Shown here: piece after piece, positions 53,201 through 63,135 of the stretch
How the letters are laid out: every line of letters begins with the position of its first letter
Numbering within the stretch: the first letter of the stretch is position 1
IMG/VR virus record: IMGVR_UViG_3300043399_000272
Location: 1 to 64,000 of that record
Direction: 5' to 3' (one strand)
Length of the DNA: 64,000 nucleotides
The notes under the pieces: generated by a model
Database searches by the model: none
What the model was told of the DNA's origin: nothing
The model's input: the letters and a program-made list of their open reading frames with translations, nothing else
Translations under genes and position numbers: made by a program

Positions 53201-54409
53201 AACAACAACGTCTTCATCGGTAATTCTGCAGGATACTGTAACGTAAGTGGCGTAGATAACATATTCATAGGTGAATCTACTGGCTTTAAAAATACTTTTG
53301 GTAACCATAACGTGTTCATGGGTTGCGGAACTGGATGTAATAACACAACCGGTTCTTATAATACTTTCATCGGGCGTTATGCAGGTACTGCGAACACAAA
53401 CGGTGTTAACAATATATTTGTTGGTTGGAATGCTGGATGTAGTAACACAACCGGTAATGACAACATTTTCTTAGGTAGACAGTCTGGTCGATCAGTTACA
53501 ACCGGCGGTTGTAATTTCTTTGCTGGTTTCTGTGCTGGTTTCTGTAACACAACAGGTATTAATAACACATTCATAGGTCAATGTGCTGGTTATTGTAACG
53601 TCTCCGGTACTTGCAACATCATCATCGGTGATTACGTAGGTACTTCAAACATGACCAACAACATCTTCTTGAAGGCAGGTACTAACTGTATGCAAGTTTG
53701 TGGTTCTGGTTGCGTATTAGTTAACGGTTCTGCTCTTGTACCACTAGGTAACGGTGAAGGATTCTTCAACGATGCAATTCAAGGTGGTTCATGTTATGCA
53801 TTGACAACATCAATGGCAACTGCAATTACATTTGGTGCAGATGCGATTGTTCATTCGTTGTTCATCTCTAACATTAATACAACAACATGCATCACCGTTG
53901 ATAGTAACTTCACTCCATCAGGTGGTTCTGCTATTGGTCTATTCTGTGCGATTCCGGTGCCAATTCGTTCATCTGTTGAAATGCTCAAGAAGCCACAAGT
54001 TGTTAAGAACGGTGACGTTATTGCACTTAAGGCATCTAATGCATCATCGGCATACGCAACAATCGTTTACGAAAATGCACAAAATTCTAACTATATGAGA
54101 AGTGCTGCACTAGCAACAACTTCGTCAGTAGCTTTGTATACATCTACAACATACAAGTCAGTTGTTGAAAGTATTAAGATAGCGAACGTTGACTCTGCTG
54201 GAAACAACCACGGTATTACAATTACCTGGACTGATTCATCGAATGTGATTAAGAGTTACTTGTGTTATGAATTGATTATTCCAGCAGGAGCTACAGTTGA
54301 GTTGAGTGATAATCCAAAGTTCATGGCTATTGGTGATAAGATTGCTATTCAAGGAACAACTGCTAATGTATTGAGCGTATTTGTATCTGCTAAAAATATA
54401 ACAGTATAA
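50222..54409 (+). CDS. Cys-rich repeat fibre/adhesin-like virion protein
   Basis: Dozens of ~16-aa NTTGxxNxFIGxxAG repeats in three blocks with a duplicated linker. Confidence 0.75.
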   Translation: MAIKVCNTTIINNSCQLDNVQNFNASGTNFFAGTNAGSCNNASGVNNTFIGSGAGQANTSGNNNTFIGLNAGQCNTTGNHNFFAGQCAGFKNTTGINNIFIGQNTGRCNTTGTYNTFIGYGAGGYNVSGRNNVFIGKNAGNTNSYGNKNVFIGETAGQNNSIGKYNTFVGAGAGYSNTTGCGNTLIGYYAGNSTTSGVDNTFIGKYAGRYNTFGNFNVFLGCSAGLKNTTGINNFFAGQCAGLCNTTGTNNTFIGCNAGCAVTTGSNNLIIGSYAGTAGLSNTIRLQAGTQCLQVSGGSLTVNGAAVGGSSAFNVCNTTNIVSCIGGTGGTGTDNFFAGQCAGYNNTTGCSNTFIGQCAGYSNTTGACNFFVGQCAGYSNTTGCHNVFAGFCAGYRNTSGVDNIFFGRRAGMCNTTAQSNVFIGYNAGSRSTTGGSNTFIGASAGAYNVSGTKNIFIGEGAGLSSTYGSQNIFLGEKTGFYNISGCYNTFIGARAGYCNTSGNYNFFAGKCAGYNNTTGTNNTFIGLNAGQCNTTGTNNFFAGQCAGFKNTTGSCNVFIGQNAGLCNTTGTDNFFVGGEAGLYNTTGKYNVFAGRAAGCKNTTGGINVFIGYLAGRFNTSGTYNTFIGGNAGYSNTFGKNNTFIGGAAGYSNTTGNYNTFIGKNAGYCNTTGSNNFITGYYAGFKTSTGTNNFIAGLCAGYNTSSGTNNTFLGCNAGCSVTTGSNNLIIGSYAGSAGLSNTIRLQAGTQCLQVSGGSLTVNGAAVGGSSAFNVCNTTNIVSCISGTGGTGSDNFFAGLCAGSATTTGTDNIFIGECAGRCNTTGSFNFFAGMCAGFKNTTGIRNTFIGRQAGYCNVTGCLNNYIGAYTGYYGTSASWNNLFGDQAGYAITTGSCNNLMGGIAGGNITTGCNNQMMGYAAGRYTTTGSFNVFLGGCAGFRNTTGLGNISIGLCAGACNTTGKYNTIIGYKSGVCSNSVNNVFIGTYTGYFTTTGNNNVFIGNSAGYCNVSGVDNIFIGESTGFKNTFGNHNVFMGCGTGCNNTTGSYNTFIGRYAGTANTNGVNNIFVGWNAGCSNTTGNDNIFLGRQSGRSVTTGGCNFFAGFCAGFCNTTGINNTFIGQCAGYCNVSGTCNIIIGDYVGTSNMTNNIFLKAGTNCMQVCGSGCVLVNGSALVPLGNGEGFFNDAIQGGSCYALTTSMATAITFGADAIVHSLFISNINTTTCITVDSNFTPSGGSAIGLFCAIPVPIRSSVEMLKKPQVVKNGDVIALKASNASSAYATIVYENAQNSNYMRSAALATTSSVALYTSTTYKSVVESIKIANVDSAGNNHGITITWTDSSNVIKSYLCYELIIPAGATVELSDNPKFMAIGDKIAIQGTTANVLSVFVSAKNITV

Positions 54410-54421
54410 TATTGAGATTAT

Positions 54422-54811
54422 ATGGCAGAAACTAACACTACTGGAGCATTCTGGGGATATGATGTAAGGGCTAGGCAACTAGGTGGTTACTGGCCCACTT
54501 CATATTACAGTCCGCCATTATGGTATGGAAGTAGAGGTACGTTTGGTGGCGGTGATGGTCCATCCAATGTAATAGATTATGTTACTATTGCTACTACTGG
54601 TAATGCAACAGATTTCGGTGACTTAACTATTGCTAGGGAAAATCCAGCTGCTTGTGCAAATGGCACTCGCGGAGTGTTTGGTGGAGGTGAATATAGTGGA
54701 GGTAATTATAATGTTATTGATTATGTTACTATTGCTACACCAAGTAATGCTATAAACTTTGGTAATTTGTCAGTTGGAAGACGTTTTTTAGCTGCATGTT
54801 CAGGAACTTAA
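54422..54811 (+). CDS. short beta-propeller-repeat virion protein
   Basis: Two IDYVTIA..GNA.DFG.L repeats. Confidence 0.7.
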   Translation: MAETNTTGAFWGYDVRARQLGGYWPTSYYSPPLWYGSRGTFGGGDGPSNVIDYVTIATTGNATDFGDLTIARENPAACANGTRGVFGGGEYSGGNYNVIDYVTIATPSNAINFGNLSVGRRFLAACSGT

Positions 54812-54814
54812 ATT

Positions 54815-55786
54815 ATGGCAACAAAAGGAATTTTTTCAATACAAACAGTATACAATCTGCAACGTAGTTCGTCTTGGCCTACTACATATCAGCCAGCAAC
54901 TCCACCAGGTGAATTGTATGGTTGGTTCGGTGGCGCATACAATGTATCGTCAGTGAGCAGAATAGATTATGCTAATGATTCCGGTACAGCAACTGCACGA
55001 GGACCGTTGTCTGTCGGAAGATTTATGATTGGCGCTTCAGGAAACGGCAATTATGGTTGGTTCGCTGGCGGCGGATGGTCACCTAACATTTCTACCGTAG
55101 ATAGAATTGATTATTCAAATGACAATGCTACTGCAAGTGTTAGAGGACCATTAACTGGAACAGTTTATGCTGCAGGTTCTTCCGGAAATGCTGATTATTC
55201 ATGGGTCGGCGGCGGCAACAATCCAACGATTGACCGGATTGACAGAATCACTTATGCAAGTGATACAGGTACTGCAAGTACTAGAGGGCCGCTCAGCGCC
55301 TCAGGTAAATATTTTGCTGCACACGGTAACAGTAGTTATGGTTGGTATGCTAATGGAAAGGTAGTACCGGGGCCGACACCCACAGATAGAAGTGCAGTGT
55401 ATCGGATCCAATATGCAAGTGATACTAATACCGCAAGTACTAGAGGACCGTTGAGTTCTGCAAGATACGGTGTTAGTGCAACTAGTAACGGCAATTATGG
55501 TTGGTTTGCAGGAGGTTACACAAGTGTGCAATTCTCTACGATAGACCGTATTGACTATGCAAGTGATACCGGTACTGCAAGTGTTAGGGGGCCAATGGTA
55601 ACAGGAAAAACTCATGCAGGTGGTACTGGTACTACTACGTATGGGTATCTCGCATCAGGTGGTTGGCCTACATTATCTAATATACAACGTATTCAATATT
55701 CCAATGATTCCGTCGCTACATCAAATGTGGGTCTATTAGACAGAACTGCTACAGGAATGGGAGCAGTCGGCGGTTATGCAGGATAA
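54815..55786 (+). CDS. beta-propeller repeat virion protein
   Basis: Six YGWF.GG...RI.YA.D..TAS.RG.L repeats. Confidence 0.75.
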   Translation: MATKGIFSIQTVYNLQRSSSWPTTYQPATPPGELYGWFGGAYNVSSVSRIDYANDSGTATARGPLSVGRFMIGASGNGNYGWFAGGGWSPNISTVDRIDYSNDNATASVRGPLTGTVYAAGSSGNADYSWVGGGNNPTIDRIDRITYASDTGTASTRGPLSASGKYFAAHGNSSYGWYANGKVVPGPTPTDRSAVYRIQYASDTNTASTRGPLSSARYGVSATSNGNYGWFAGGYTSVQFSTIDRIDYASDTGTASVRGPMVTGKTHAGGTGTTTYGYLASGGWPTLSNIQRIQYSNDSVATSNVGLLDRTATGMGAVGGYAG

Positions 55787-55872
55787 CCAACATTAGCATT
55801 TGATAAAACGTTTAGTAAAGACTAAAAATTTATTTTAGACTAAATATATTATAAAACACATAGGAGATATTC

Positions 55873-56142
55873 ATGGAAAACGAGACACGCACATTAGAAC
55901 AAATTCAAGCAACTATTAGTGCTGCACGTGACAGCGTTTGGGTTGTTACTGATGAACTTCAAAAAATAGCAGACGGTGAAGCTGCAACTGCTGAACGTAA
56001 AGGTAATATTGAGCGTAATGTTAGTCATTTGAAACTTGTTGTTGCGGCCCAAGACGTTATTGATTCTGGTGAAGATATCAGTGATTTAATCGCAGCTATT
56101 GCCGCAGGCGAAAGCAAATTAGCAGAAAATATTTGGTCTTAA
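55873..56142 (+). CDS. hypothetical protein
   Basis: AGGAG SD. Confidence 0.75.
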   Translation: MENETRTLEQIQATISAARDSVWVVTDELQKIADGEAATAERKGNIERNVSHLKLVVAAQDVIDSGEDISDLIAAIAAGESKLAENIWS

Positions 56143-56163
56143 TAATTTACTTCAATGACTTAT

Positions 56164-56194
56164 AAAAACAGGACTTTTATAGTCCTGTTTTTTT
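56164..56194 (+). terminator. intrinsic terminator
   Basis: AAAAACAGGAC-TTTTATA-GTCCTGTTTTTTT. Confidence 0.8.
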
Positions 56195-56231
56195 ACCTAT
56201 AAATAAAATACTATAATTTACGTCAAACACT

Positions 56232-57071
56232 ATGAATCATGAATTTCTATTTTATTCTGGGTTACCACGCTCTGGTGGAACCATGCTTGCATCAGTATTA
56301 AACCAACATCCGGATCTATATGTCTCATCATTAAGTCCTACAATTGAGCTTTTGTATCATTGTGAAGAATATTTCAAAACTAGCGATCCTTTTATCGCCG
56401 ACCCAAATCACATAGGTAAAAATGCAATTTTAAGGTCGATGCCACAGCAATACTATGCTCATATTGAGAAAAAGTATATTGTTGATAATAGCAGAGGTTG
56501 GCCAAACAATATTCAACGAATAAAAGATCATATCACGCCTGATCCAAAAATTGTTTGTATCGTAAGAGACATACCAAGTATTCTAGCAAGTTTTATTACT
56601 TTAGCAGAGAATGAACAAAACAAAAGAAAAAACTTCATTGATTTATGGTTACTCGAAAACAATTTAGATTTGACTACTGAGAATAGGTGTATGTATTTGA
56701 TGCAACCAATCGGGATCGTCAATCAAAGTTTGTGGAGTATGTATCAAGGATATTCTAGTCCCGATAGCCACAGATTGCATATAGTCGAATATGATGATTT
56801 AGTTTCTAGCCCCGATGAGGTACTATACAACATTACTAAGTTTTGGGGTGTCAGTAACCATAAATTTGACTTTAACAACATTAAAAATGTGACTCCTGTA
56901 GATGATATGTCATATGGGTTTGATGGAATGCATGATGTGCGTCCTGTATTAAAGAATAGAAATTTAGATCCTGAAAAAATCCTTGGTAAAAAGTTAGTTG
57001 AACAATATTCTGGTTTAGAGTACTGGAGAAAAAGTAAAAAAATGAATAAATATAAAGTATTCGGAATATAA
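56232..57071 (+). CDS. sulfotransferase family protein
   Basis: SGLPRSGGT PAPS-binding loop; VRD...ILAS; YDDLV. Confidence 0.85.
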   Translation: MNHEFLFYSGLPRSGGTMLASVLNQHPDLYVSSLSPTIELLYHCEEYFKTSDPFIADPNHIGKNAILRSMPQQYYAHIEKKYIVDNSRGWPNNIQRIKDHITPDPKIVCIVRDIPSILASFITLAENEQNKRKNFIDLWLLENNLDLTTENRCMYLMQPIGIVNQSLWSMYQGYSSPDSHRLHIVEYDDLVSSPDEVLYNITKFWGVSNHKFDFNNIKNVTPVDDMSYGFDGMHDVRPVLKNRNLDPEKILGKKLVEQYSGLEYWRKSKKMNKYKVFGI

Positions 57072-57083
57072 TTTAGGAGCTTT

Positions 57084-58094
57084 ATGGCGGAAACTAACAC
57101 AACTGGTGCATTTTGGGGGTCTGATGTACGAGCAAGACAATTAGGCGGTTATTGGCCCACTACATATCAACCAGCAACTCCACCGGGAGAATTATATGGT
57201 TGGTTCGGTGGTGGTAAACCATCTCCATCAATAGACGCTTCGTTGGTCGATAGAATCGAGTATGCAAATGACACTGCGACAGCTAGCGTTAGAGGTCCCT
57301 TAACTGTAGTCAGACACAGGTTTACCGCAGCCGGTAATGGAAATTATGGTTGGTTTGGAGGGGGCAGACCAGACGTGCTTTCTAGCGTAGATCGTGTAGA
57401 TTATGCTAGCGACAGTTCTACTGCTAGTGCGAGAGGACCACTAAGTGCAGCAAGATATCTATTAGCAGCAACTGGTAATACTGATTACGGTTGGTTCGGT
57501 GGCGGTGGTAATGGTACCCCCAGTGTTTTAAGCACAGTTGATCGTATAACATATTCAAGTGATACAGGAACTGCCGGTGTTAGAGGAAGTTTATATGAAA
57601 TAATATTTCAACTTGCTGCAACAGGTAATAGTAACTATGGTTGGTTCGGGGGCGGAACAATAAATAATGGACCTGTACCAACTCAACGTTCATACTTAAC
57701 ACGAATTACATATTCAAGTGATTTAAGTACATCAAGTGTAAGAGGAAATTTAAATTCTACTGTAGTGGCGCCAGCAGCAGCCGGCAATAGTAACTATGGT
57801 TGGTGGGGCGGTGGAGTCGACCAGATTAATTCTTTATTGTTATCTAGGGTGGATAGAGTTGATTATGCAAGTGACACCGGACTCGCTAGCGTTAGAGGTC
57901 CGTTAACTGTAAACAGGTACTTATTTACTGCAACCGGTAATGCTGATTATGGTTATTTTGGTGCAGGTAGTCCCAATCTAATGTCATCAGTAGATCGCAT
58001 CACTTATGCGAGTGATTCTACTGCTGCATCATCAAGGGGTCCTCTAAGCGCAGGTAGATATGGATTAGCTGCTACTGGCGGGTATCCGGGATAA
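57084..58094 (+). CDS. beta-propeller repeat virion protein
   Basis: Same repeat type as 54815; same N terminus as 54422. Confidence 0.75.
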   Translation: MAETNTTGAFWGSDVRARQLGGYWPTTYQPATPPGELYGWFGGGKPSPSIDASLVDRIEYANDTATASVRGPLTVVRHRFTAAGNGNYGWFGGGRPDVLSSVDRVDYASDSSTASARGPLSAARYLLAATGNTDYGWFGGGGNGTPSVLSTVDRITYSSDTGTAGVRGSLYEIIFQLAATGNSNYGWFGGGTINNGPVPTQRSYLTRITYSSDLSTSSVRGNLNSTVVAPAAAGNSNYGWWGGGVDQINSLLLSRVDRVDYASDTGLASVRGPLTVNRYLFTATGNADYGYFGAGSPNLMSSVDRITYASDSTAASSRGPLSAGRYGLAATGGYPG

Positions 58095-58101
58095 TAAAAA
58101 T

Positions 58102-59058
58102 ATGAGTCAAATAACAGATGTTTTCACATTAAATGAAGTATATGAATTAATATTAGATGGGGTATGGCCCACTACATATTATCAACCAGTATGGTACGGT
58201 AGTAGAGGTACATTTGGTGGCGGCACCACTGGGTCGATCTCTAATGTAATTGATTATATTACTATTGCTAGTACCGGCAATGCTACAGATTTTGGTGATT
58301 TAACTGTTGGTAGACAAGGATTAGCTGCTTGTTCTAATGGGACAAGAGGTGTATTTGGTGGCGGTAGTAATGGTCCAATTTCAAATGTAATTGATTACAT
58401 TACTATTGCCACAACTGGTAACGCTACAGACTTCGGCGATTTAACTGTTAGTGGCAGGGAAGGTGTGAGTGCTTGTTCTAATGGGACAAGAGGTGTATTT
58501 GGTGGTGGATATGCTTCAAATGCAAATTCTAATGTAATTGATTATATTACGATTGCTACTACCGGCAATGCTACAGATTTTGGTGATTTGACTGCTGCCA
58601 GATATTCTGTAGGTGCATGTTCTGATTCTACTCGTGGTGTATTTGGTGGTGGATTTGGCGACTCAGCATATACCAATAAAATAGATTATGTTACAATTGC
58701 TACTACAGGTAATGCTACTAACTTTGGTAATTTAACAAATTTTAGAAGTGCTTTAGCTGCATGTTCTGATTCTACTCGTGGTGTATTTGGTGGTGGTAAT
58801 ACCGGTTCGCTCTCTAATGTAATTGATTATATTACTATTCAAACAACAGGCAATGCAACTAGTTTCGGTACTTTAACTGTTGCTAGAAAGGAGCTGTCTT
58901 CTTGTTCAAATGGAACAATAGGTGTATTTGGTGGTGGTTATACTACCGTAAATTCTAATGTAATTGATTATATTACTATTGCTAGTACCGGCAATGCTAC
59001 AGATTTTGGTGATTTAACTGTTAGTAGACAATCATTAGCTTCTTGCTCAGGAACTTAA
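58102..59058 (+). CDS. beta-propeller repeat virion protein
   Basis: Six RGVFGGG...IDYITIA.TGNATDFGDL repeats. Confidence 0.75.
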   Translation: MSQITDVFTLNEVYELILDGVWPTTYYQPVWYGSRGTFGGGTTGSISNVIDYITIASTGNATDFGDLTVGRQGLAACSNGTRGVFGGGSNGPISNVIDYITIATTGNATDFGDLTVSGREGVSACSNGTRGVFGGGYASNANSNVIDYITIATTGNATDFGDLTAARYSVGACSDSTRGVFGGGFGDSAYTNKIDYVTIATTGNATNFGNLTNFRSALAACSDSTRGVFGGGNTGSLSNVIDYITIQTTGNATSFGTLTVARKELSSCSNGTIGVFGGGYTTVNSNVIDYITIASTGNATDFGDLTVSRQSLASCSGT

Positions 59059-59112
59059 TTACTCGTATTCCAATCAGTATATAAATATATAGACCATTAT
59101 AGGTAATTATAT

Positions 59113-59925
59113 ATGACTACTGAACTATCAACCTCTGTTTCCTTTAATATTCCAACTATCGCAGAAAACAAAATTAACGCTGTAGCTGTTGCAAAAGTAA
59201 ATCAATTTTTACCCGAACTAACAGAAAAGACAAAGGCATTTGATCGTAGTAATAGTCAAACTACATTGGCATTAATGACATTGACTATGCTGAATGGTCA
59301 ATCACCAATGCGAATGATGAGACAGATTCTCGCAGAAGTTGAGAGTCGTAAAATGGCTTTAGCAGAAGCACAAGTCAATCATGCTAAATTAGTAAAAGAA
59401 ATTTCTCAACTACAAAATAGTACAGATTTAGTTGAGCAAGCCGAATGTCGTCAAAAGCAATTCAGTCTTGTTTTGATGGAATCAAAAATCAACGGAGCTT
59501 TCAAGGATATTGCGACATTAATCGATGCTTATGAAAACATAAAGTCAAAGAACAATATTGATGAATGGGATGAAGCAACGTTCGAAGCTGAAGAAAAACG
59601 TCACCATGTTCGTAGAGGATTTGAGTTAATGTATCGCAATATACTTGAAGGCGGTAGGGCACAGACTGCTACTATCGAATATCTACAACAGTATGGCGTT
59701 CACCCACAAGTTTCACTTACAGAAGTCACTGGGTACATTCAAGTAACTGCTATGAAAATTGCTGACGGTCAATTACCTCATTCAAATGATCTTGAAGACT
59801 TTTTAGATCATATGGCAGAGAAATATTATAAAAGTGTTGATAAAACATCAGAACGCATTTTTGGTGTTAAGGATTTTACTAATACTGACTACATGTTTAG
59901 ACTAACCGATAGTTCAGATAATTGA
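59113..59925 (+). CDS. coiled-coil hypothetical protein (fibre-locus associated)
   Basis: 270-aa ORF. Confidence 0.7.
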   Translation: MTTELSTSVSFNIPTIAENKINAVAVAKVNQFLPELTEKTKAFDRSNSQTTLALMTLTMLNGQSPMRMMRQILAEVESRKMALAEAQVNHAKLVKEISQLQNSTDLVEQAECRQKQFSLVLMESKINGAFKDIATLIDAYENIKSKNNIDEWDEATFEAEEKRHHVRRGFELMYRNILEGGRAQTATIEYLQQYGVHPQVSLTEVTGYIQVTAMKIADGQLPHSNDLEDFLDHMAEKYYKSVDKTSERIFGVKDFTNTDYMFRLTDSSDN

Positions 59926-59976
59926 ACATGCTCATTTTACACACTAAATAACTCTGATTATACAGGAGTTTTATTA

Positions 59977-60633
59977 ATGTCAGTATTGATTGCAATGCCG
60001 TGCTACGGTGGAGTTGTTTCGGATAAAACAACTAATTCACTTTTCAATTTAGGAAAATTGTTTGTTCGTAATAATATACCTCATGGGCTACTAACTATTG
60101 CCAACGAGTCGTTGATCTCCAAAGGTCGTTCACGTATTGCAAATTTTTTCATCAACAATACAGAGTTTGAATATCTATTCTTTCTTGATGCAGATGTAGG
60201 TTTCAATCCTCCTGACATGTTGAAGTTGTTTTCTCATCAAAAAGATATAGTATGTGGTGCTTACCCAATGAAGTCTATACCACTCAAGTGGAACTATACC
60301 CTGACAAACCCAATGCAGCGTGAGGGGGACCTTGTTGCAATCGACCGCATAGGTATTGGGTTTTCATTAATTCATAGAAGTGTTTTTGAAAAACTTACTG
60401 AAAAATACGGACATGAATTAAAGTACAGACCAAATAGTGAAAGTACTAATAGTCCACCAACACCAGCTGAAATTGAAAACTCATATCACTTTTTCTCTGA
60501 ACTTAGAGAGAATGACGTTTTTCTCCCTGAAGATTTGAGTTTCTTTGAAAGAGCTAAAAGATGTGGCATTCAACCTTGGTTAGATGTTTCTATTAATCTT
60601 GCTCACGTTGGCTCACATGTATTTCAAGAATGA
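59977..60633 (+). CDS. glycosyltransferase (GT-A)
   Basis: AMPCYGG, FLDAD, G.GF.LI.R, EDLSF, L.HVG. Confidence 0.8.
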   Translation: MSVLIAMPCYGGVVSDKTTNSLFNLGKLFVRNNIPHGLLTIANESLISKGRSRIANFFINNTEFEYLFFLDADVGFNPPDMLKLFSHQKDIVCGAYPMKSIPLKWNYTLTNPMQREGDLVAIDRIGIGFSLIHRSVFEKLTEKYGHELKYRPNSESTNSPPTPAEIENSYHFFSELRENDVFLPEDLSFFERAKRCGIQPWLDVSINLAHVGSHVFQE

Positions 60634-62456
60634 TTTCAGGCGCTACCGAATCCTCATATAAATTTTTATTTGAACATCTAAAAGTACCAGAAGATGTTGA
60701 AATAGACCATATCCCTAACAGGCTGATTCAATCAAACAAACCCATAAAGATATTATGGGCGCATTCAAACATTGACCAGCCCATGTATCTGGGAACAGAT
60801 TGGGGCAAGATTACTCATGTAGTGTGTGTATCAAAGTGGGAGAAGGAACAGTTTTTAAAATACAGTCCTGTACCAGAGTCAAAAATAACAGTAATACGCA
60901 ATGGGGTCGCTGATTACTTTTATACTGGTAAAAAAGAAAAAACTCTTATATACGCAAGCACTCCATTTAGGGGACTTGAATACTTACCGTATATCTTTAC
61001 CCGAGTTTTAGAAAAACACCCTGATGCAAAACTCAAAGTGTTTTCTGCTATGAATTTGTATGGATTGGAAGATTCAATTGAGCAAAAGAAATTATATAAA
61101 GAATTAATGTCTTTGCCAAATACAGAATATTCTCCTGCTATATCACACACAGAATTAGCAGACGAATTTGCAAAGGCTTATATATTTGCATATCCAAACA
61201 CATGGGAAGAAACATTCTGTGTTGCATTGGCTGAAGCAATGATTTCTGGATGCATTCCAGTTATATCAGATATAGGTGCTTTACCAGAAACATCAATGGG
61301 TTTTGGTGAAATTGTTAAAATGACTGGTAAGAACTCACCTTCTGGTTGGATACCCGACAGGATATTTTTAGACAATTTTGCAAACAAAATCATATGGGTT
61401 TTAGACAAGTATAAATATAACTCTAGTAAAGAAAATTCTTTTAAAGAATATTACAGTTGGGAGTCTATCTCTAAGGAATGGCTACAACTTTTAAACAAAT
61501 TGACAAATAAGGCAAACACAATGACAAAAGCAAGTATTTCCACTCTAGTGAATGAAACCGGTTCTGATATTGCAGCAGACGCAAAGGTGTTGAAGAAAGT
61601 ATACGATGAAGTATTCAAGTGGGAAGAATACGATAAAGAACATGCACAAGGTCGTTCTAATTTCCAAATTGAAAAGTTCATCGCACTAGACAATTTTACA
61701 ATTGCATCATCTTTCAATGCTTTATTGAAGAACCGTAGAATTATGGCAGAGGGCCTATTCAGTAAAGTAACTGAGATGAAGGAAAAGCAACGTGAATTTG
61801 AGTATAAGTGGAAAGATAAACCAAAGAACGACCCTATTGAATGGTTTGACAATCAAGGAAACAAAAAATTATGTTGGTATGATCTTGATTCAATGAATCT
61901 TGAAAACTTCTTAAAGTCTTCTGAACTTGAGATTCGTGACCGTGTGCAACAGATTGAGTTCTTTGACAAGTTACTAAACAAACTTATTGAGATGAACGGT
62001 GGTCCAATCACACGTGAACAGTTTGAAAAAGAAGATCACATTTACTGGGAACGTAGATTTGCGAACCAAGCGTTTGACGAAATGGTATCTCACAAGACTG
62101 GTATCAGCATCGGTAACATTCACAGTATGCGCCGTGGCACTGCACCTACATTAGTGTCTGATGATGTTAATAGAATTAAAAACGGATATCCTGACCTAGG
62201 CAAAGCTCTGTTGGGTGATCCATCTGAGTTACTACTAGGACTACAGGAAAAAGTAATGCAAGGTATTGAAGAAGTTACTGGAACTAGTCTTGCTCTAGGC
62301 AATGAATCTATCACACAACGATTAGATAATATGCATTCAGATCAAGTAAAACCTTCATTTGGTTCTGATGGTCAGCAATCAACTATGTCACCTAAAACTG
62401 TTCAGCAGTCTATTCCATCACCCAAAAAATTGTTTAACTCTGAATACAAAAAATAA
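60630..62456 (+). CDS. GT4 glycosyltransferase fused to a coiled-coil domain
   Basis: STPFRGL, ETFCVALAEAM..G, GALPE; unrelated C-terminal half. Confidence 0.8.
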   Translation: MISGATESSYKFLFEHLKVPEDVEIDHIPNRLIQSNKPIKILWAHSNIDQPMYLGTDWGKITHVVCVSKWEKEQFLKYSPVPESKITVIRNGVADYFYTGKKEKTLIYASTPFRGLEYLPYIFTRVLEKHPDAKLKVFSAMNLYGLEDSIEQKKLYKELMSLPNTEYSPAISHTELADEFAKAYIFAYPNTWEETFCVALAEAMISGCIPVISDIGALPETSMGFGEIVKMTGKNSPSGWIPDRIFLDNFANKIIWVLDKYKYNSSKENSFKEYYSWESISKEWLQLLNKLTNKANTMTKASISTLVNETGSDIAADAKVLKKVYDEVFKWEEYDKEHAQGRSNFQIEKFIALDNFTIASSFNALLKNRRIMAEGLFSKVTEMKEKQREFEYKWKDKPKNDPIEWFDNQGNKKLCWYDLDSMNLENFLKSSELEIRDRVQQIEFFDKLLNKLIEMNGGPITREQFEKEDHIYWERRFANQAFDEMVSHKTGISIGNIHSMRRGTAPTLVSDDVNRIKNGYPDLGKALLGDPSELLLGLQEKVMQGIEEVTGTSLALGNESITQRLDNMHSDQVKPSFGSDGQQSTMSPKTVQQSIPSPKKLFNSEYKK

Positions 62457-62467
62457 TTTGAAAGACT

Positions 62468-63130
62468 TTGATGAAAGATAACTTACTATCCAATATTTTA
62501 ATTAAGCCCAATGTCATTTCTAAAGAGGGTCTTGCCTTTATCACAGATTATGTTAGACAACAAAACAAAATTGATCTGTCTGTGTTTGATCCTGAAGAAA
62601 CTAACAAGTCAGGGAAGACTTCGTTCACGGTTGACAAAAAAGTACGTGATACACAAATGATAGATATTTCTGGCATCATGGATACTATCGTAGACTTATA
62701 TAGAGACATTGTTTTTAATATCATCAATCCAGCATATGATTTTGAGATTAGGGATTCTGAAGCTCCGCAGTTATTATCTTATTCAGTAGGCGGACATTAC
62801 TTGCCGCACGTAGACGGTCAATCATTATGGAAAGCTCCTGACGGAGAAGTATTATGGAGGAAATCAACAGATCGTGACTTGAGTACTGTTCTTTTTCTAA
62901 ACGATGATTTTGAAGGGGGTGATTTTGTATTCCCAGAACTTAGAGTCAGAATTCGTCCTGAGCCTGGTATGCTAGTATGCTTCCCTTCAACTTTTAGTTA
63001 TTTACATGGTGTAGAACCAGTAACTAAAGGACATCGTTTATCTATGGTAAATTGGATGACTGTCAAGGGTTTCACGACACTAGATGAAGAAACTAAGATT
63101 ATTAACGATAAATATAATATCAAAGGATAA
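62468..63130 (+). CDS. prolyl-4-hydroxylase-like 2OG-Fe(II) oxygenase
   Basis: HVD...FLNDDFEGG...HGV.PVT.G.R. Confidence 0.85.
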   Translation: MMKDNLLSNILIKPNVISKEGLAFITDYVRQQNKIDLSVFDPEETNKSGKTSFTVDKKVRDTQMIDISGIMDTIVDLYRDIVFNIINPAYDFEIRDSEAPQLLSYSVGGHYLPHVDGQSLWKAPDGEVLWRKSTDRDLSTVLFLNDDFEGGDFVFPELRVRIRPEPGMLVCFPSTFSYLHGVEPVTKGHRLSMVNWMTVKGFTTLDEETKIINDKYNIKG

Positions 63131-63135
63131 TAATT

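Noticed and set aside
50222-59058. CRISPR array or diversity-generating retroelement in the repeat-rich region
   Set aside because: The repeats are in-frame protein repeats with synonymous variation; there are no spacers, no reverse transcriptase and no adenine-specific TR/VR pair.
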